DNA from: Candidatus Berkelbacteria bacterium
Lineage (GTDB): Bacteria > Patescibacteriota > UBA1384 > UBA12157
Direction of reading: 5' to 3'
DNA length: 64,000 nucleotides
Assembly (NCBI GenBank): GCA_037127955.1
Contig: JBAXXI010000001.1
Coordinates: 73,217-137,216 of the forward strand
In this document: positions 17,136 to 27,806 of the stretch, in pieces
Layout: every line of letters begins with the position of its first letter
Position numbering within the stretch: the first letter of the stretch is position 1
The notes under the pieces: generated by a model
The model's database searches: none
Told to the model about the DNA's origin: nothing
Seen by the model: the letters and a program-made list of their open reading frames with translations, nothing else
Made by a program: the position numbers and the translations under genes

Positions 17136-19153
17136 TCTAAGTGCCTTTCGACTTCGAATTCTTTTAATTTTTCCGCCAAAAGTGGATATTTTTCTAAACC
17201 TTGTTCGACTATTTCTTCGGCCACGCGACGCACATCGGCCAACATTACTGTATCAGTTAAACTCGCCATTTTCAAATCTTCTAAGCCAGATTGAGCCAAG
17301 CCAACAATTTCGCCAGCTCCGCGCAATTCTAAATCTTTTTGTGCCAGTTCGAATCCATCAAAACAATCGACCATCGCCTCCAATCTTTCTTTGGTTTTCG
17401 CGCTTTGCGAAGCGCTAAAGAGAAAACAATAGGCCTGATCTGCACCGCGACCAACTCGTCCACGAAACTGGTGAAGTTGGGCCAGACCAAAGCGGTCAGC
17501 GTCCTCAATCATCATGACAGTCGCATTAGATATATCAATCCCCACTTCAACCACGGCTGTTGAGACTAAAATATCGATTTCTTTATTCTTAAACTTTTCC
17601 ATCACTTCGGCTTTTTCGTTTGATTTTAATTTGCCGTGCATCAAACCGATTTTTAATTTTGGAAAAATTTGCTCTTGGAGTTTTTTAAATTCTTTGACCA
17701 CAGATTTTCTTTCAGATTCAAATACATCTTTTTCTATTTCTGACTCTTTTTCCTCGATTAAAGGACAAATCACAAAAGCTTGGCGACCTTTGGCGATTTC
17801 ATTTTCAATAAAATCGTAAGCTTTGTCACGGTCTTCCGGCTCAACAATCCGAGTTTCAATTTTTTGTCGACCCTCCGGCATCTGATTAATAATCGAAATG
17901 TCTAAATCGCCATAAAGTGCCAGTGCCAGTGTTCGCGGAATCGGCGTCGCCGTCATTGAAAGTAGATGCGGCACAATATCTGATTTTTGTTTTCTTAGAT
18001 GCGCTCGTTGGGCTACCCCAAATCTGTGTTGCTCGTCGATAATTATCAAGCCTAAATTTGGAATTTCCACATTTTTTTGAATTAAAGCATGAGTCCCAAT
18101 AATTAAATTATCATTGATTAAATCGGCTTTTTTATTAGCGCCAGTTAGCAATCCAATTCTAGTATTGTAAGGCGCCAATATTTTAGTCACATTTTGAAAA
18201 TGCTGGTTAGCCAAAATTTCGGTTGGTGCTAGCCACACCACTTGATAACCACTTTTAATGGCGACAATCGCGGCCATGGCCGCCACCACGGTTTTACCGG
18301 AACCCACATCACCTTCAAGCAAACGGTTCATCGGGATTGTACGAGTCAAATCCTTAATAATTTCCCAAGCAGTTTTTCTTTGAGCATCAGTTAGTTTAAA
18401 CGGTAATTTTCCAACAAAATCTTTGAGCAAATTCTCGTCAGTCGACATTTCGGGCGCCACATTTTGCTGGAGTTCTTTTTTAATAGTTAAAAATCTTAAG
18501 CTAATTAGAAATAGCTCATCAAAAGCCAAACGTTTTTTGGCATAACGCAAAGTTTCATTGTTTTTTGGAAAATGAATTTGACGCACCGCGTCGATAAGTC
18601 TTGCTAAATCTTCTTTTTTTAAAATTTCATCTGGCAAATAATCTTCAAGTAAATCATTTTGCATCAAAATCGGCCTAATGATTTTTCTGATAAATTTACT
18701 CGTCACCCCGGTAGTTTCGTGGTAAATAGGCACAATAATTGGTTCTTTTTCCATTTGTGTTGGCGTAAAAGTCTTGGCTTTAGCCTTAAAATCCCAACCA
18801 ACTTTGCCGAGCATAAGCCACTCGTCACCCACCTTTAAAACGTTTTTTAAAAATGTTTGGTTAAACCAAATAGCCTTAATCTCCATCTCGTGCTCGTCAA
18901 CCAAAATAGCCTCAATAATACTCATCCATTTTTTATGACTACGCTTTTCCTCGACAGATTTTATTTTGACTTTTAAAATTACTTCGTCATCAAGTCTTAA
19001 TCCCGCAATCGGCCGGTATTTACTAAAATCTTGCCAAGTTCGCGGCCAAAAATAAATAAGATTACGAACCGAATAGATTCCTAATTTCTCCATTTTTTCT
19101 TGGATTTTTGGCCCGACTCCATTTATATAAGAGATGCTTTTATCTAAATTCAT
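17132..19153 (-). CDS. recG: ATP-dependent DNA helicase RecG
   Basis: Wedge domain. Helicase motifs GDVGSGKT, DEQHRFGV, and the TRG motif region. Confidence 0.9.
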   Translation of the reverse strand: MNLDKSISYINGVGPKIQEKMEKLGIYSVRNLIYFWPRTWQDFSKYRPIAGLRLDDEVILKVKIKSVEEKRSHKKWMSIIEAILVDEHEMEIKAIWFNQTFLKNVLKVGDEWLMLGKVGWDFKAKAKTFTPTQMEKEPIIVPIYHETTGVTSKFIRKIIRPILMQNDLLEDYLPDEILKKEDLARLIDAVRQIHFPKNNETLRYAKKRLAFDELFLISLRFLTIKKELQQNVAPEMSTDENLLKDFVGKLPFKLTDAQRKTAWEIIKDLTRTIPMNRLLEGDVGSGKTVVAAMAAIVAIKSGYQVVWLAPTEILANQHFQNVTKILAPYNTRIGLLTGANKKADLINDNLIIGTHALIQKNVEIPNLGLIIIDEQHRFGVAQRAHLRKQKSDIVPHLLSMTATPIPRTLALALYGDLDISIINQMPEGRQKIETRIVEPEDRDKAYDFIENEIAKGRQAFVICPLIEEKESEIEKDVFESERKSVVKEFKKLQEQIFPKLKIGLMHGKLKSNEKAEVMEKFKNKEIDILVSTAVVEVGIDISNATVMMIEDADRFGLAQLHQFRGRVGRGADQAYCFLFSASQSAKTKERLEAMVDCFDGFELAQKDLELRGAGEIVGLAQSGLEDLKMASLTDTVMLADVRRVAEEIVEQGLEKYPLLAEKLKEFEVERHLE

Positions 19154-19155
19154 AT

Positions 19156-20109
19156 TTATTCTAAATTAGATTTTTCTAAATTATTTTTAAGCATTTTTAA
19201 AACAAAATCTAAATATCTTTTTTCGTTAACCTGACGATAAACTTCTAAAACTCTATAACAAGCCAAAACCGAATATAAAGCAAGTTTTTCTTGATCGTAT
19301 TCACCGTAAGCATCTAAAAAATATTTTTTAAGATCATCAAAATTTCTTGGGTCGCCATACATATTCATCATCACACCAAGCTGAGTCACAAAATGAGCTA
19401 AATCATATTCACGATCAGCCAAGCATGCCAAAGAAAAGTCGAGCACGTAAATTTTCTCTATATCAAAAATCAAATTGTCTGGCTGAAAATCTCCATGGCA
19501 AAAAACTGTTTTCTCTTGTGCTTTTAATTTTTCTTTTATTTTCAAAACTAGATCGACTATTTTCTCAGCATATTCACCATAAAACTCTGATAAATTGTCT
19601 GTATTTTTTGACTCAACATTAAAAACTAATTTTGTATACCAAAGATCAAAGTCTGGCTTAGCTAATGCATGGATTTTTTTAAGGACTAAGGCAGCTTTTT
19701 CGACCTTCGTCTTTAAAACATCAATTTCATCATCAATACCCTCTTTAAAGGTTTTACCGTTAGCATCTTCGTACATAAAAATATTCTGATCTTCAAGTAA
19801 TGCGATCGGTCGACTCACGACAATTTCTCCTTGAGAAAAACCGTGATTATAGAAATATTGTAAAATTTGATAATCTCTTTTTTTCTCAAAAATAGTCGAA
19901 GCAGACAGTCTTATTTTCATCTCTTTATGATCAACCAAAATTCTATACCATACATTCCAAGAGGTTTTATTGTAGGTTGTGTTTCTTTTTATTTCTAGAA
20001 TAGAAATATCAACATTTTTGCCAAAAATAATCCCGCAATTATCATTTAACAATTTTTCGGCTTCGATTTTATCAAGTAAAAAATCGTAATTAGTTATTTT
20101 CGTTATCAT
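19156..20109 (-). CDS. aminoglycoside-phosphotransferase-fold (APH/choline-kinase-like) kinase, possible anomeric sugar kinase
   Basis: Brenner motif FCHGDFQPDNLIF and a DFS (DFG-like) motif. Sits at the start of the glycosyltransferase cluster. Confidence 0.6.
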   Translation of the reverse strand: MITKITNYDFLLDKIEAEKLLNDNCGIIFGKNVDISILEIKRNTTYNKTSWNVWYRILVDHKEMKIRLSASTIFEKKRDYQILQYFYNHGFSQGEIVVSRPIALLEDQNIFMYEDANGKTFKEGIDDEIDVLKTKVEKAALVLKKIHALAKPDFDLWYTKLVFNVESKNTDNLSEFYGEYAEKIVDLVLKIKEKLKAQEKTVFCHGDFQPDNLIFDIEKIYVLDFSLACLADREYDLAHFVTQLGVMMNMYGDPRNFDDLKKYFLDAYGEYDQEKLALYSVLACYRVLEVYRQVNEKRYLDFVLKMLKNNLEKSNLE

Positions 20110-21556
20110 TTTTTAAAAATTCCCTTTGTTTTTTTATAGCTTTTTTGTACAACCAAATATATTTTTTTGCTGAATTTGTCCAAGAAAAATCTTTCTCCAT
20201 AGCCATAATCTGCATCTTTCGCCAATGATCCTTTTGATTATAATAAACATCAACTGCACGACGAATAGCCCACAAAAACGCATTCTTATCATAATCATTA
20301 AAAACAAAACCGGTATAACCATCGTGCACTGTATCCGCCAAACCACCTGTTCGTCTAACAATAGGAATAGTGCCAAAACGCATCGCGATAATCTGGGAAA
20401 GGCCACATGGCTCGAATCGACTTGGCATCAAAAGCATATCGGCACCAGCATAAATTGTTTGAGCCAAAGAAGCATCGAATTCCATTTCGGCCTCAATTGC
20501 TTTTGGATAATCTTTTTCAGCTTTAATAAAAACTTTTTCAATTTTTTCAGACCCAGAACCCAAAATAATAAATTGGGCACCCATATCCATCAAATCCTTC
20601 AGAACATCTTCAATCAAATCCAAGCCTTTTTGATTCGTCAAACGACTAATCACGCAAATAAGTGGCAAATCCGGCGACTGAATTAAACCAAATTTTTTCT
20701 GTAAAAACATTTTATTTTCGACTTTGCGATCCAAATCAGGAATCCAGTACTTAACCGGCGTGTCCTCATTATATCTTGGATCAAAACTTGAATAATCAAT
20801 GCCGTTAAGAATACCTGTATATTTATCCTTATGATGTGACAATAATTTATTAAGTCCGCAACCGTATTTTTTAGTCATGGTTTCTCTGGCATAATTTGGA
20901 CTAACTGTATTTACCATAGTAGCATTTTCAATACCTTCAGCCATCAAATTAATTTTTGTTTTGTCTAGTTTATACTTTTTCTGCCAAGCAAAATCTGATT
21001 TTTTTAAACTTAAACTCTTCGCTTCTTTAATTGGTAAACTATTTTGAAAAAGCAAATTATGAATAGTCAAAACAGTCGCAATCGATCTATAAAATGGATC
21101 GTTTTTATAAGTCGTTTTGAGCCATTTGATCGCCATGGCCATCATGGCATCGTGACACTGGATTACATCTGGCCGCCAATCGAGAGCTTTTAAAACTTCA
21201 AGTGCAACTTTAGCCAAACCACTAAAAGCTTTGACTATATTATGATCATAAATTTCTTTACCAGTAAAAAGTTCTTCAGACTCAACCAAATAAACAGGCA
21301 CAATTGAAAACGGAATTAAAGTTTTCCAAATATTTACTTTACCAAATTTTCCATCAGGAAATTCAACTTTTAACTCACGCATAATTAGTTCTGCTGGATA
21401 TTTATCCATATCAATCGATTTATATTTTGGTAAAAAAACTCGACTTTCTACCTCAAATTTTTCTGAAATTTCTTTTGGCAAAGACCCAACAATATCGCCT
21501 AATCCTCCAGCCTTAGCAATCGGGGTTAGCTCAGAAGCAATATGACAAATTCGCAT
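20090..21556 (-). CDS. glycogen/starch-synthase-like glycosyltransferase (GT5 N-terminal and GT1 C-terminal domains)
   Basis: Signature KAGGLGDIVGSLP near the N-terminus. Start at MRICHIASE. Confidence 0.75.
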   Translation of the reverse strand: MRICHIASELTPIAKAGGLGDIVGSLPKEISEKFEVESRVFLPKYKSIDMDKYPAELIMRELKVEFPDGKFGKVNIWKTLIPFSIVPVYLVESEELFTGKEIYDHNIVKAFSGLAKVALEVLKALDWRPDVIQCHDAMMAMAIKWLKTTYKNDPFYRSIATVLTIHNLLFQNSLPIKEAKSLSLKKSDFAWQKKYKLDKTKINLMAEGIENATMVNTVSPNYARETMTKKYGCGLNKLLSHHKDKYTGILNGIDYSSFDPRYNEDTPVKYWIPDLDRKVENKMFLQKKFGLIQSPDLPLICVISRLTNQKGLDLIEDVLKDLMDMGAQFIILGSGSEKIEKVFIKAEKDYPKAIEAEMEFDASLAQTIYAGADMLLMPSRFEPCGLSQIIAMRFGTIPIVRRTGGLADTVHDGYTGFVFNDYDKNAFLWAIRRAVDVYYNQKDHWRKMQIMAMEKDFSWTNSAKKYIWLYKKAIKKQREFLKNDNENN

Positions 21557-21575
21557 TTTCTCTTTATAAACTTTT

Positions 21576-22328
21576 TTAATCATTGAGACCTTCCTCCATT
21601 TTTTCAATTTGAACTAAAATATTTTCGTCAAATTCCGCCCAACCACGAGTCATTTTCACCAGTTTTAAATAAAGCGATACTAAGGGCAGATTTTTATTAC
21701 CAATTGAAATGTTATCTTCCGCTACCCTGTATTTTAATAATTTCTCTTTGCTCGAAGCAAATTTATAATTTTTAATTGCGAGTCTAGTAAATAAATCATA
21801 ATCTTCGGCAATTTTAAAAAACTGATTGTAAGGATTATCTAATAAAACTTGTTTGCGCATCGCTACAGTCGAATGAGGAATAAAATTTATTTCTTTAATT
21901 TTTTCAAAAGAATAATCATAAACAGGAAAATTACGATCTTTGATCTCACCGGTTTTTTCATACCAAATATGAAAATCGCTATAAAAAAAATCCAAGGTCG
22001 AATCACGATCAAAAAATTTCAATGTCTCGCTGACCCTATTTTTATAAGCCAAATCATCGGAATCCAGAATAGCTACTATTTCACTTTTTGCTTGCATACA
22101 AGCAAAATTTCGAGCACAACTAGCACCAGTCCCATGCACCTTAGATAAGTAGAAGTATCTTAATCTTGAATCATGAAAATTTTCCACAATCTCTCTGGTA
22201 TTATCAGAGCCGTTATCAACGATGATCGCTTCCCAACTTGAATCATCCTGAGCCAAAAGTGATTTGATAGTCTCGCCAATCTTATCAGCCCGGTTAAAAG
22301 TCGCAATTAAAAATGAAATCTTCGGCAT
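21576..22328 (-). CDS. family 2 glycosyltransferase
   Basis: N-terminal ISFLIATFNRADKI...VDNGS (DXD-type GT-A fold). Confidence 0.8.
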   Translation of the reverse strand: MPKISFLIATFNRADKIGETIKSLLAQDDSSWEAIIVDNGSDNTREIVENFHDSRLRYFYLSKVHGTGASCARNFACMQAKSEIVAILDSDDLAYKNRVSETLKFFDRDSTLDFFYSDFHIWYEKTGEIKDRNFPVYDYSFEKIKEINFIPHSTVAMRKQVLLDNPYNQFFKIAEDYDLFTRLAIKNYKFASSKEKLLKYRVAEDNISIGNKNLPLVSLYLKLVKMTRGWAEFDENILVQIEKMEEGLND

Positions 22329-22389
22329 ATTTCCTATCTCCTTAGTTCATTTTTATTATACAGTTTTAGTAACAAAAAGAATAATTTAA

Positions 22390-23136
22390 TTATTCTTGAT
22401 GGGAAATTTTTTCCAATATTGGTCTTTTATCGGCCTTGATCCACTTACGCTCAACCTTGATAAGTTTGCCAAAATTGCCAGGGATATCAGCCTTACTGAT
22501 ATTTGATTCATGAGAGATATAATGATAAATAATTTTGTTGCAAAAATAAAACTTTTTACCAGCTTTAGCCAAACGGGTAAAAAAATCATAATCCTCAGCA
22601 ATTTTAAAGAATGAGTTGTAAGGAAAATCATAAGCTAATTCGGTCTTGTAAGCGGTTGAACCATGAGCAATCGGATTATAATCTTTTATCAGATCAAGAC
22701 TAAAATTTTTAATCTGATATTTTCCGCTCTCGCGAGTAGTTATTTGACCAGATTCTTTGTTTAAGATTTCGATTTGACCATAAAAAACATCGCAATTATT
22801 TTTTTCAAATGCTTCGATAGTCAATCTTGCTCGTTCAGGTTTAGATAAATCGTCAGAATCAGCCACGGCTATAATAGGTGAATCGACCCATTGATTACCA
22901 AAATTCCTAGCTTCAGCAATGCCGCCGCTCCAATCCTCCGGCATTCTATAATATTTAATTCTATCATCTTGAAATTCGGTGACAATCTCTTCGGTTCGAT
23001 CAGAATCATCGCTATGATCATCAATGATAATTAATTCCCAATCTTCTTCGGTTTGATCAATAATTGACTGGATGGATTTTCCAATCAGATCGGCACGATT
23101 TTTTGTCGGCATAACAAAGCTAATCTTTGGCATCAA
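22390..23136 (-). CDS. family 2 glycosyltransferase (paralog of upstream gene)
   Basis: ISFVMPTKNRADLI...IIDDHSDDSD. Confidence 0.8.
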   Translation of the reverse strand: MMPKISFVMPTKNRADLIGKSIQSIIDQTEEDWELIIIDDHSDDSDRTEEIVTEFQDDRIKYYRMPEDWSGGIAEARNFGNQWVDSPIIAVADSDDLSKPERARLTIEAFEKNNCDVFYGQIEILNKESGQITTRESGKYQIKNFSLDLIKDYNPIAHGSTAYKTELAYDFPYNSFFKIAEDYDFFTRLAKAGKKFYFCNKIIYHYISHESNISKADIPGNFGKLIKVERKWIKADKRPILEKISHQE

Positions 23137-24217
23137 AATCTTCTTTCAAATTTTTATATAATTTTTCGTAACCGTCAACCATTTTTTCTACAGTAAAATT
23201 TTCTTCGGCATATTTTCGAGTTGATTTTCTTAATTCTTGATACGCTTCATCGGTCATTTGATTTAGTTCTTTTATCTTGTCACAGAAAGCTTCAGGATCA
23301 CCACTTTCCACTAAAAAACCATTTACTCCATCCTTAATAATCTCGCGCATACCTTCACTATCAAAAGCAATTACCGGAGTACCACAAGCATTAGCTTCGG
23401 CCACCACTAAACCCGCAACGCCGCCAGTTGGCTTCATTATTCGTGGATTAATAAAAAATTTTGACCTACCAATAAGCTCATTTTTTTGAGCTAAATCTTG
23501 TGGACCTAAAAAAATTAAATTTTGATTATTTTCTATTTCTGATTTCAGGTTTTCCTGATAGAACTTTGATTCTTCACCGCCGCCACCAAACTTAATTTTC
23601 TTCTGAGTTAATTTTTGAATTTCTGGAAAAAACTCCAAACCTTTATTTGCGACCAATCTGCCGACCCACGACAAATAATCTTCTGCATTTTCTTGATACT
23701 TATAGTCACGAACATCAATACCATGACCAGCCACAAAACTATTTTTAATTTTCGGAAAACTATTAATTTGTGAATTTTGCGCGAAAACTATATTTGTTTC
23801 TGGATATTTTTTAAATAAATATTCAACTTCTTCGTCTGATATTTCTTTATTATGAAGTGTGATACAATGAGGAATTTTTAAAAATTTAATCATAGGCAAA
23901 AATAACCACCATTCTGCCACACTAATATGAACGAAATCAAACTCTGTCTGTCTATCCAAAAAATCCGTAAATTGCACTAAATGCATTGTCATTGCTCTGC
24001 GGACTAAAGAATATGGTTTTGGCGCAAAACAAAAGAAATTGCTCTCAAAATCACCTTCGATCGAACAATTAACTTGACTGTCTTTAGTCGCAAATAAGGT
24101 TACATCATGTCCGCGAACCGATAGTTCATTCACTAAGTTTGCCGTAAAAACTTCTGTCCCACCCAGCGCATTAGTTGAAATTTTTTGCGCTAAAACGCCG
24201 ATCACTGCTATTTTCAT
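23120..24217 (-). CDS. family 4 (GT-B) glycosyltransferase
   Basis: C-terminal E-x7-E-like region: AEANACGTPVIAFDSEGMREIIKDGVNGFLVE. Confidence 0.8.
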   Translation of the reverse strand: MKIAVIGVLAQKISTNALGGTEVFTANLVNELSVRGHDVTLFATKDSQVNCSIEGDFESNFFCFAPKPYSLVRRAMTMHLVQFTDFLDRQTEFDFVHISVAEWWLFLPMIKFLKIPHCITLHNKEISDEEVEYLFKKYPETNIVFAQNSQINSFPKIKNSFVAGHGIDVRDYKYQENAEDYLSWVGRLVANKGLEFFPEIQKLTQKKIKFGGGGEESKFYQENLKSEIENNQNLIFLGPQDLAQKNELIGRSKFFINPRIMKPTGGVAGLVVAEANACGTPVIAFDSEGMREIIKDGVNGFLVESGDPEAFCDKIKELNQMTDEAYQELRKSTRKYAEENFTVEKMVDGYEKLYKNLKEDFDAKD

Positions 24218-25416
24218 ATTAATTCCTCGTAAATTTTAGCAATTTTACCCATACTATTTTCAATTGAAAAATTCTTAGCTTGAATTTTTGCATTTTCACC
24301 GATCTTATTTCTTTCCAACGAATTATTAATTAATTTCTCTAAAATATCGGCCAACGCACTTGCATCAAACGGATCAACCAAAAAACCGCTTTCGTTATTG
24401 TTTATAAATTCCTGTGGACCACCAGTAGTCGAAGCAATCGCAACCTTCCCACTAGCCATTGCTTCTAAATAAACTAAACCGAAAGTTTCATCGATTGACG
24501 GTACGCAAACGATATCAACTGCACTAAAAAATGACGGCATTTTTTGTGGAAGAATATTTGGCAGAAACTCAATATAATTTCTTAAATTTAATTTTTCAAT
24601 TATACGATTTACTTCATCAATACCTTTCGTATTACTATCATTAGTTAAGGCCGTATTCATTACTGCAACAATTTTAAAATTTAATATGTTTCTTTCAACT
24701 AAAATTTCGGCCGCACGCAAGAGTAAAATAAAATTTTTCTGTTTACTTATTTCGCCTAAAATCATACTAATTACTCTGGCTGGAAAAAATATTAAAATAT
24801 TATTGCCCTTAGAGCAAAGCAATTGTTTATCTGGTTCAATATTAGAAAAATTCTCTAATTTTATACCATTATGAACAACTGAATATGATTCTGACTTAAA
24901 GCCAAGCTTTAACCACGCTTTTTCAACAAAATGACTCACAAAAAAAATATGGTCCCAACCAAGATTTCTCAAAACTTCTGTTTGATCAGGACGATTAAGT
25001 TGAGCATTATGAGAATGTTCAATAATTCTAATATTTCTTTCTTTAGCAATTTTCATCATTAATAAAATGTTATTTGCACCATTAATTTTATCAACCGCAG
25101 CCGAAGGATAAGAGAAATTATGACAATGAATAATACTAGGAGAAACTCGATCTAAAATTTCTGGAAATTCTGCGGCAATCGCCCTAGTAGTATCGCTTCG
25201 AGAATCAATAAAATCTCTTCTTATAATACTAATGCCTTCGAAAATTTCTTCAGGCTTAAGTCCATCTTGCAACGAAGTGAGTACTGTCACACTAAAACCC
25301 GCTTTAACAAAAAACCGGGCTTGTTCAAGCATTAAACTTTCGGCTCCACCGAGTTTCGGATAAAAGAACCAGCCAATCATTAATAATTTTTTTGAGTTCA
25401 CAATCCTCCTATTCAA
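24214..25416 (-). CDS. family 4 (GT-B) glycosyltransferase
   Basis: FGLVYLEAMASGKVAIASTTGGPQEFINNNESGFLV. Confidence 0.8.
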   Translation of the reverse strand: MNRRIVNSKKLLMIGWFFYPKLGGAESLMLEQARFFVKAGFSVTVLTSLQDGLKPEEIFEGISIIRRDFIDSRSDTTRAIAAEFPEILDRVSPSIIHCHNFSYPSAAVDKINGANNILLMMKIAKERNIRIIEHSHNAQLNRPDQTEVLRNLGWDHIFFVSHFVEKAWLKLGFKSESYSVVHNGIKLENFSNIEPDKQLLCSKGNNILIFFPARVISMILGEISKQKNFILLLRAAEILVERNILNFKIVAVMNTALTNDSNTKGIDEVNRIIEKLNLRNYIEFLPNILPQKMPSFFSAVDIVCVPSIDETFGLVYLEAMASGKVAIASTTGGPQEFINNNESGFLVDPFDASALADILEKLINNSLERNKIGENAKIQAKNFSIENSMGKIAKIYEELI

Positions 25417-26740
25417 TAATTGCTAAAATCTCGGCATGATAAGAAATAACCTTGTCAACTTTCGCCTTTAGTTCTTTGCTTTTTGGCCGAAAAGCAATAC
25501 TTAATCCGGCTTTTTCACAAATTGGTAAATATTTTTCATTATGAGCCACCACGATCGTCTCGATTGGTTTAATTTTGGTTTTTCTTAAAGTAGCTCTAAA
25601 TGCTCGTCTAGACGAAGTTTCATACTGATCGGTCAACCAAATTTTCCTCGAAGCAGAAGTCAACTCACCAGTCAAAATACCATTTTTATTTTCCAAATAA
25701 ATACAACGAACTAAATCAACACCCAAATGCTTGGCAATCGGCGCTACCATTGGTGAAAAATTGGCACTAATAATAGCTACTTTATATTTTCTCTTTTTCA
25801 AAGCATTAATTACTTCTTGCGAATAGTGTGCTAAAGGAATTTTGGCGGCAATCTTTTCAACTTCAACCAAATTCATACCTTTATAAAGCATTGCGTTTCG
25901 TTTAAAATATTCTTCTTGATCAATTTTACCGCCGTCCAGCAATCTATTATTTTCTTTAATACCGTCGACAATACCTAATTTCTTAAAAAACCAAGTAAAC
26001 CCCTCTTTACCAATAATTGTATTATCAAGCGCAAATAAAACTAATTTATATTTATGCTGAATTAAACCAGCTTTTTTAATCATAGTCTCGAGCACTTGTC
26101 TGGCCATTTCTTTAACTGTTTCAATATCGCTATCTTTTGTTTTTAATTTTCCAATATCAACTTCGACAATTCTTTGATTCATTTCCATGGCGTCAAAAAG
26201 CAATCCAATATCGACACCATAACGATTTTCAAAATCAACTTTTTTTAAAAAGGTTTTCTTAGCACAAATTTGACCAGTGATCGGATCTTCTAAGTCCATA
26301 TCAGGAAACAAAATTTTAAGCATTGGCTTAACAGCGAAATCTGTCACACGACGAGTTCTAGCACTAAAAGCACCGCGAGAAACATCGACTTCATCATGCA
26401 AAACTGGTAAAAATATTTTTCTAATCTTGTGCTCGGTCATATTTTTTAAGTCAGCATCCAAGAACAAGATAACTTCTTCCTTTGCTTTTATAAGACCTGT
26501 TTTTAAGGCTAAACCCTTGCCTTTATTTTGCTTGTGTTTTAAATAAACAAATTTTTTATTCTTTTCAAACTCTTTAAGAACTTTTTCTTCGGTACGATCT
26601 GTACTACCGTCATTAACAACAATAACCTCTGTAACCTCAATAGGTTTTAAAGCCTCTCGAATGACATGACAAATAATCGCCTCTTCATTAAAAGCGGGAA
26701 TAACAACTGATAGTTTTTGAGCGATTTGATTTTTGGTCAT
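25409..26740 (-). CDS. bifunctional GT2 glycosyltransferase / HAD-superfamily phosphatase fusion
   Basis: N-terminal LSVVIPAFNEE...VVNDGSTDRT (GT-A). C-terminal KLVLFALDNTII... (HAD motif I DxT) with PSP-like HAD-IB features. Confidence 0.65.
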   Translation of the reverse strand: MTKNQIAQKLSVVIPAFNEEAIICHVIREALKPIEVTEVIVVNDGSTDRTEEKVLKEFEKNKKFVYLKHKQNKGKGLALKTGLIKAKEEVILFLDADLKNMTEHKIRKIFLPVLHDEVDVSRGAFSARTRRVTDFAVKPMLKILFPDMDLEDPITGQICAKKTFLKKVDFENRYGVDIGLLFDAMEMNQRIVEVDIGKLKTKDSDIETVKEMARQVLETMIKKAGLIQHKYKLVLFALDNTIIGKEGFTWFFKKLGIVDGIKENNRLLDGGKIDQEEYFKRNAMLYKGMNLVEVEKIAAKIPLAHYSQEVINALKKRKYKVAIISANFSPMVAPIAKHLGVDLVRCIYLENKNGILTGELTSASRKIWLTDQYETSSRRAFRATLRKTKIKPIETIVVAHNEKYLPICEKAGLSIAFRPKSKELKAKVDKVISYHAEILAIIE

Positions 26741-26834
26741 AAATATTCAATATCCAATTAAACAACTTTAGATTATACCAAAAAACTCAGCATAAATCAA
26801 TACTAAAACGGCTTTTTTCGGTTTTACAATTATT

Positions 26835-27806
26835 TTAGGCCTTTTTCAAAAATCCAGCGGCAGCTTCCGGTGCGACCACGTCAATGACTACACCAGAACC
26901 CAACTCATAACCACCAAATTTACTCACTCGTGGCGCAATTTCAATATGCCAGTGGTAGGACTCGTGATTATTTTCACTATGGTGCGGCAAAGTATGCAAC
27001 CAATAATTAAATGGTGGAAAATTTAAAGCTTTATTGAGTTTGCCAATTGCTTCGTGAAGCGCCTGGGCCAACTGTTTTTGAGTTTCCGCGGAAATTTTTT
27101 CAAAATTTGACGCGTGCTTTTTCGGCAACACCCACATTTCAAACGGAAAACGCGAAGCAAAAAAAGTAAAAACTAAAAATTCATCATTTTCATAAACCAC
27201 GCGGTGACCATTTTCCTTTTCCATTTTGACCATTTCGCAAAAAACACATTTTTGATTCAAGTCAAAATAAGTTTTAGCTCCATCAAGTTCTTTTTGAACA
27301 TAACTAGGCATGATGGCTGAAGTAAATAACTGCGAGTGAGGATGGTCAATCGAAGCGCCGGCTTCCGGACCATTATTGTGAATAATCATGGTATATTCAT
27401 TCACTGGATCTTCATCGTAGTGCAAATATCTTTGCTTGTAAACCCCTAAAAGTTCATCCATAATCGCCACGCCATCACCGTAAATTTCCTGATCATGACC
27501 CTTAATAATTATGACTTCATGGGCGCCAATACTTTTTGTATCTTGATAAAAACCGTCGCCTTCAGAAATCACACTATCTTCTTTAACAAAAGCGGGGTAT
27601 TTATTGGTAATAGTGTAAGTATTTTCGGTTTCGGCGTCTTTGATTGATGTCTCATAAGCCTGTTTATTTTCCACACAAAACGGACATTCCGAAGGCAAAC
27701 CGCGTTTTGGGGAGGCCGCTGTGACGTAATCTTCTGGTCTTTTTGATCGCTCCGGCGAAATGACAACCCAATCACCCGTAATAATATTTTGTCTAAGTTT
27801 AGGCAA
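26835..27806 (-). CDS. galT: galactose-1-phosphate uridylyltransferase-type (GalT/HIT family) nucleotidyltransferase, TTG start
   Basis: Zinc-site CPFCVENKQ and active-site HPHSQ motif. RBS GGAGGTG, then TTG at 27806. Confidence 0.75.
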   Translation of the reverse strand: MPKLRQNIITGDWVVISPERSKRPEDYVTAASPKRGLPSECPFCVENKQAYETSIKDAETENTYTITNKYPAFVKEDSVISEGDGFYQDTKSIGAHEVIIIKGHDQEIYGDGVAIMDELLGVYKQRYLHYDEDPVNEYTMIIHNNGPEAGASIDHPHSQLFTSAIMPSYVQKELDGAKTYFDLNQKCVFCEMVKMEKENGHRVVYENDEFLVFTFFASRFPFEMWVLPKKHASNFEKISAETQKQLAQALHEAIGKLNKALNFPPFNYWLHTLPHHSENNHESYHWHIEIAPRVSKFGGYELGSGVVIDVVAPEAAAGFLKKA

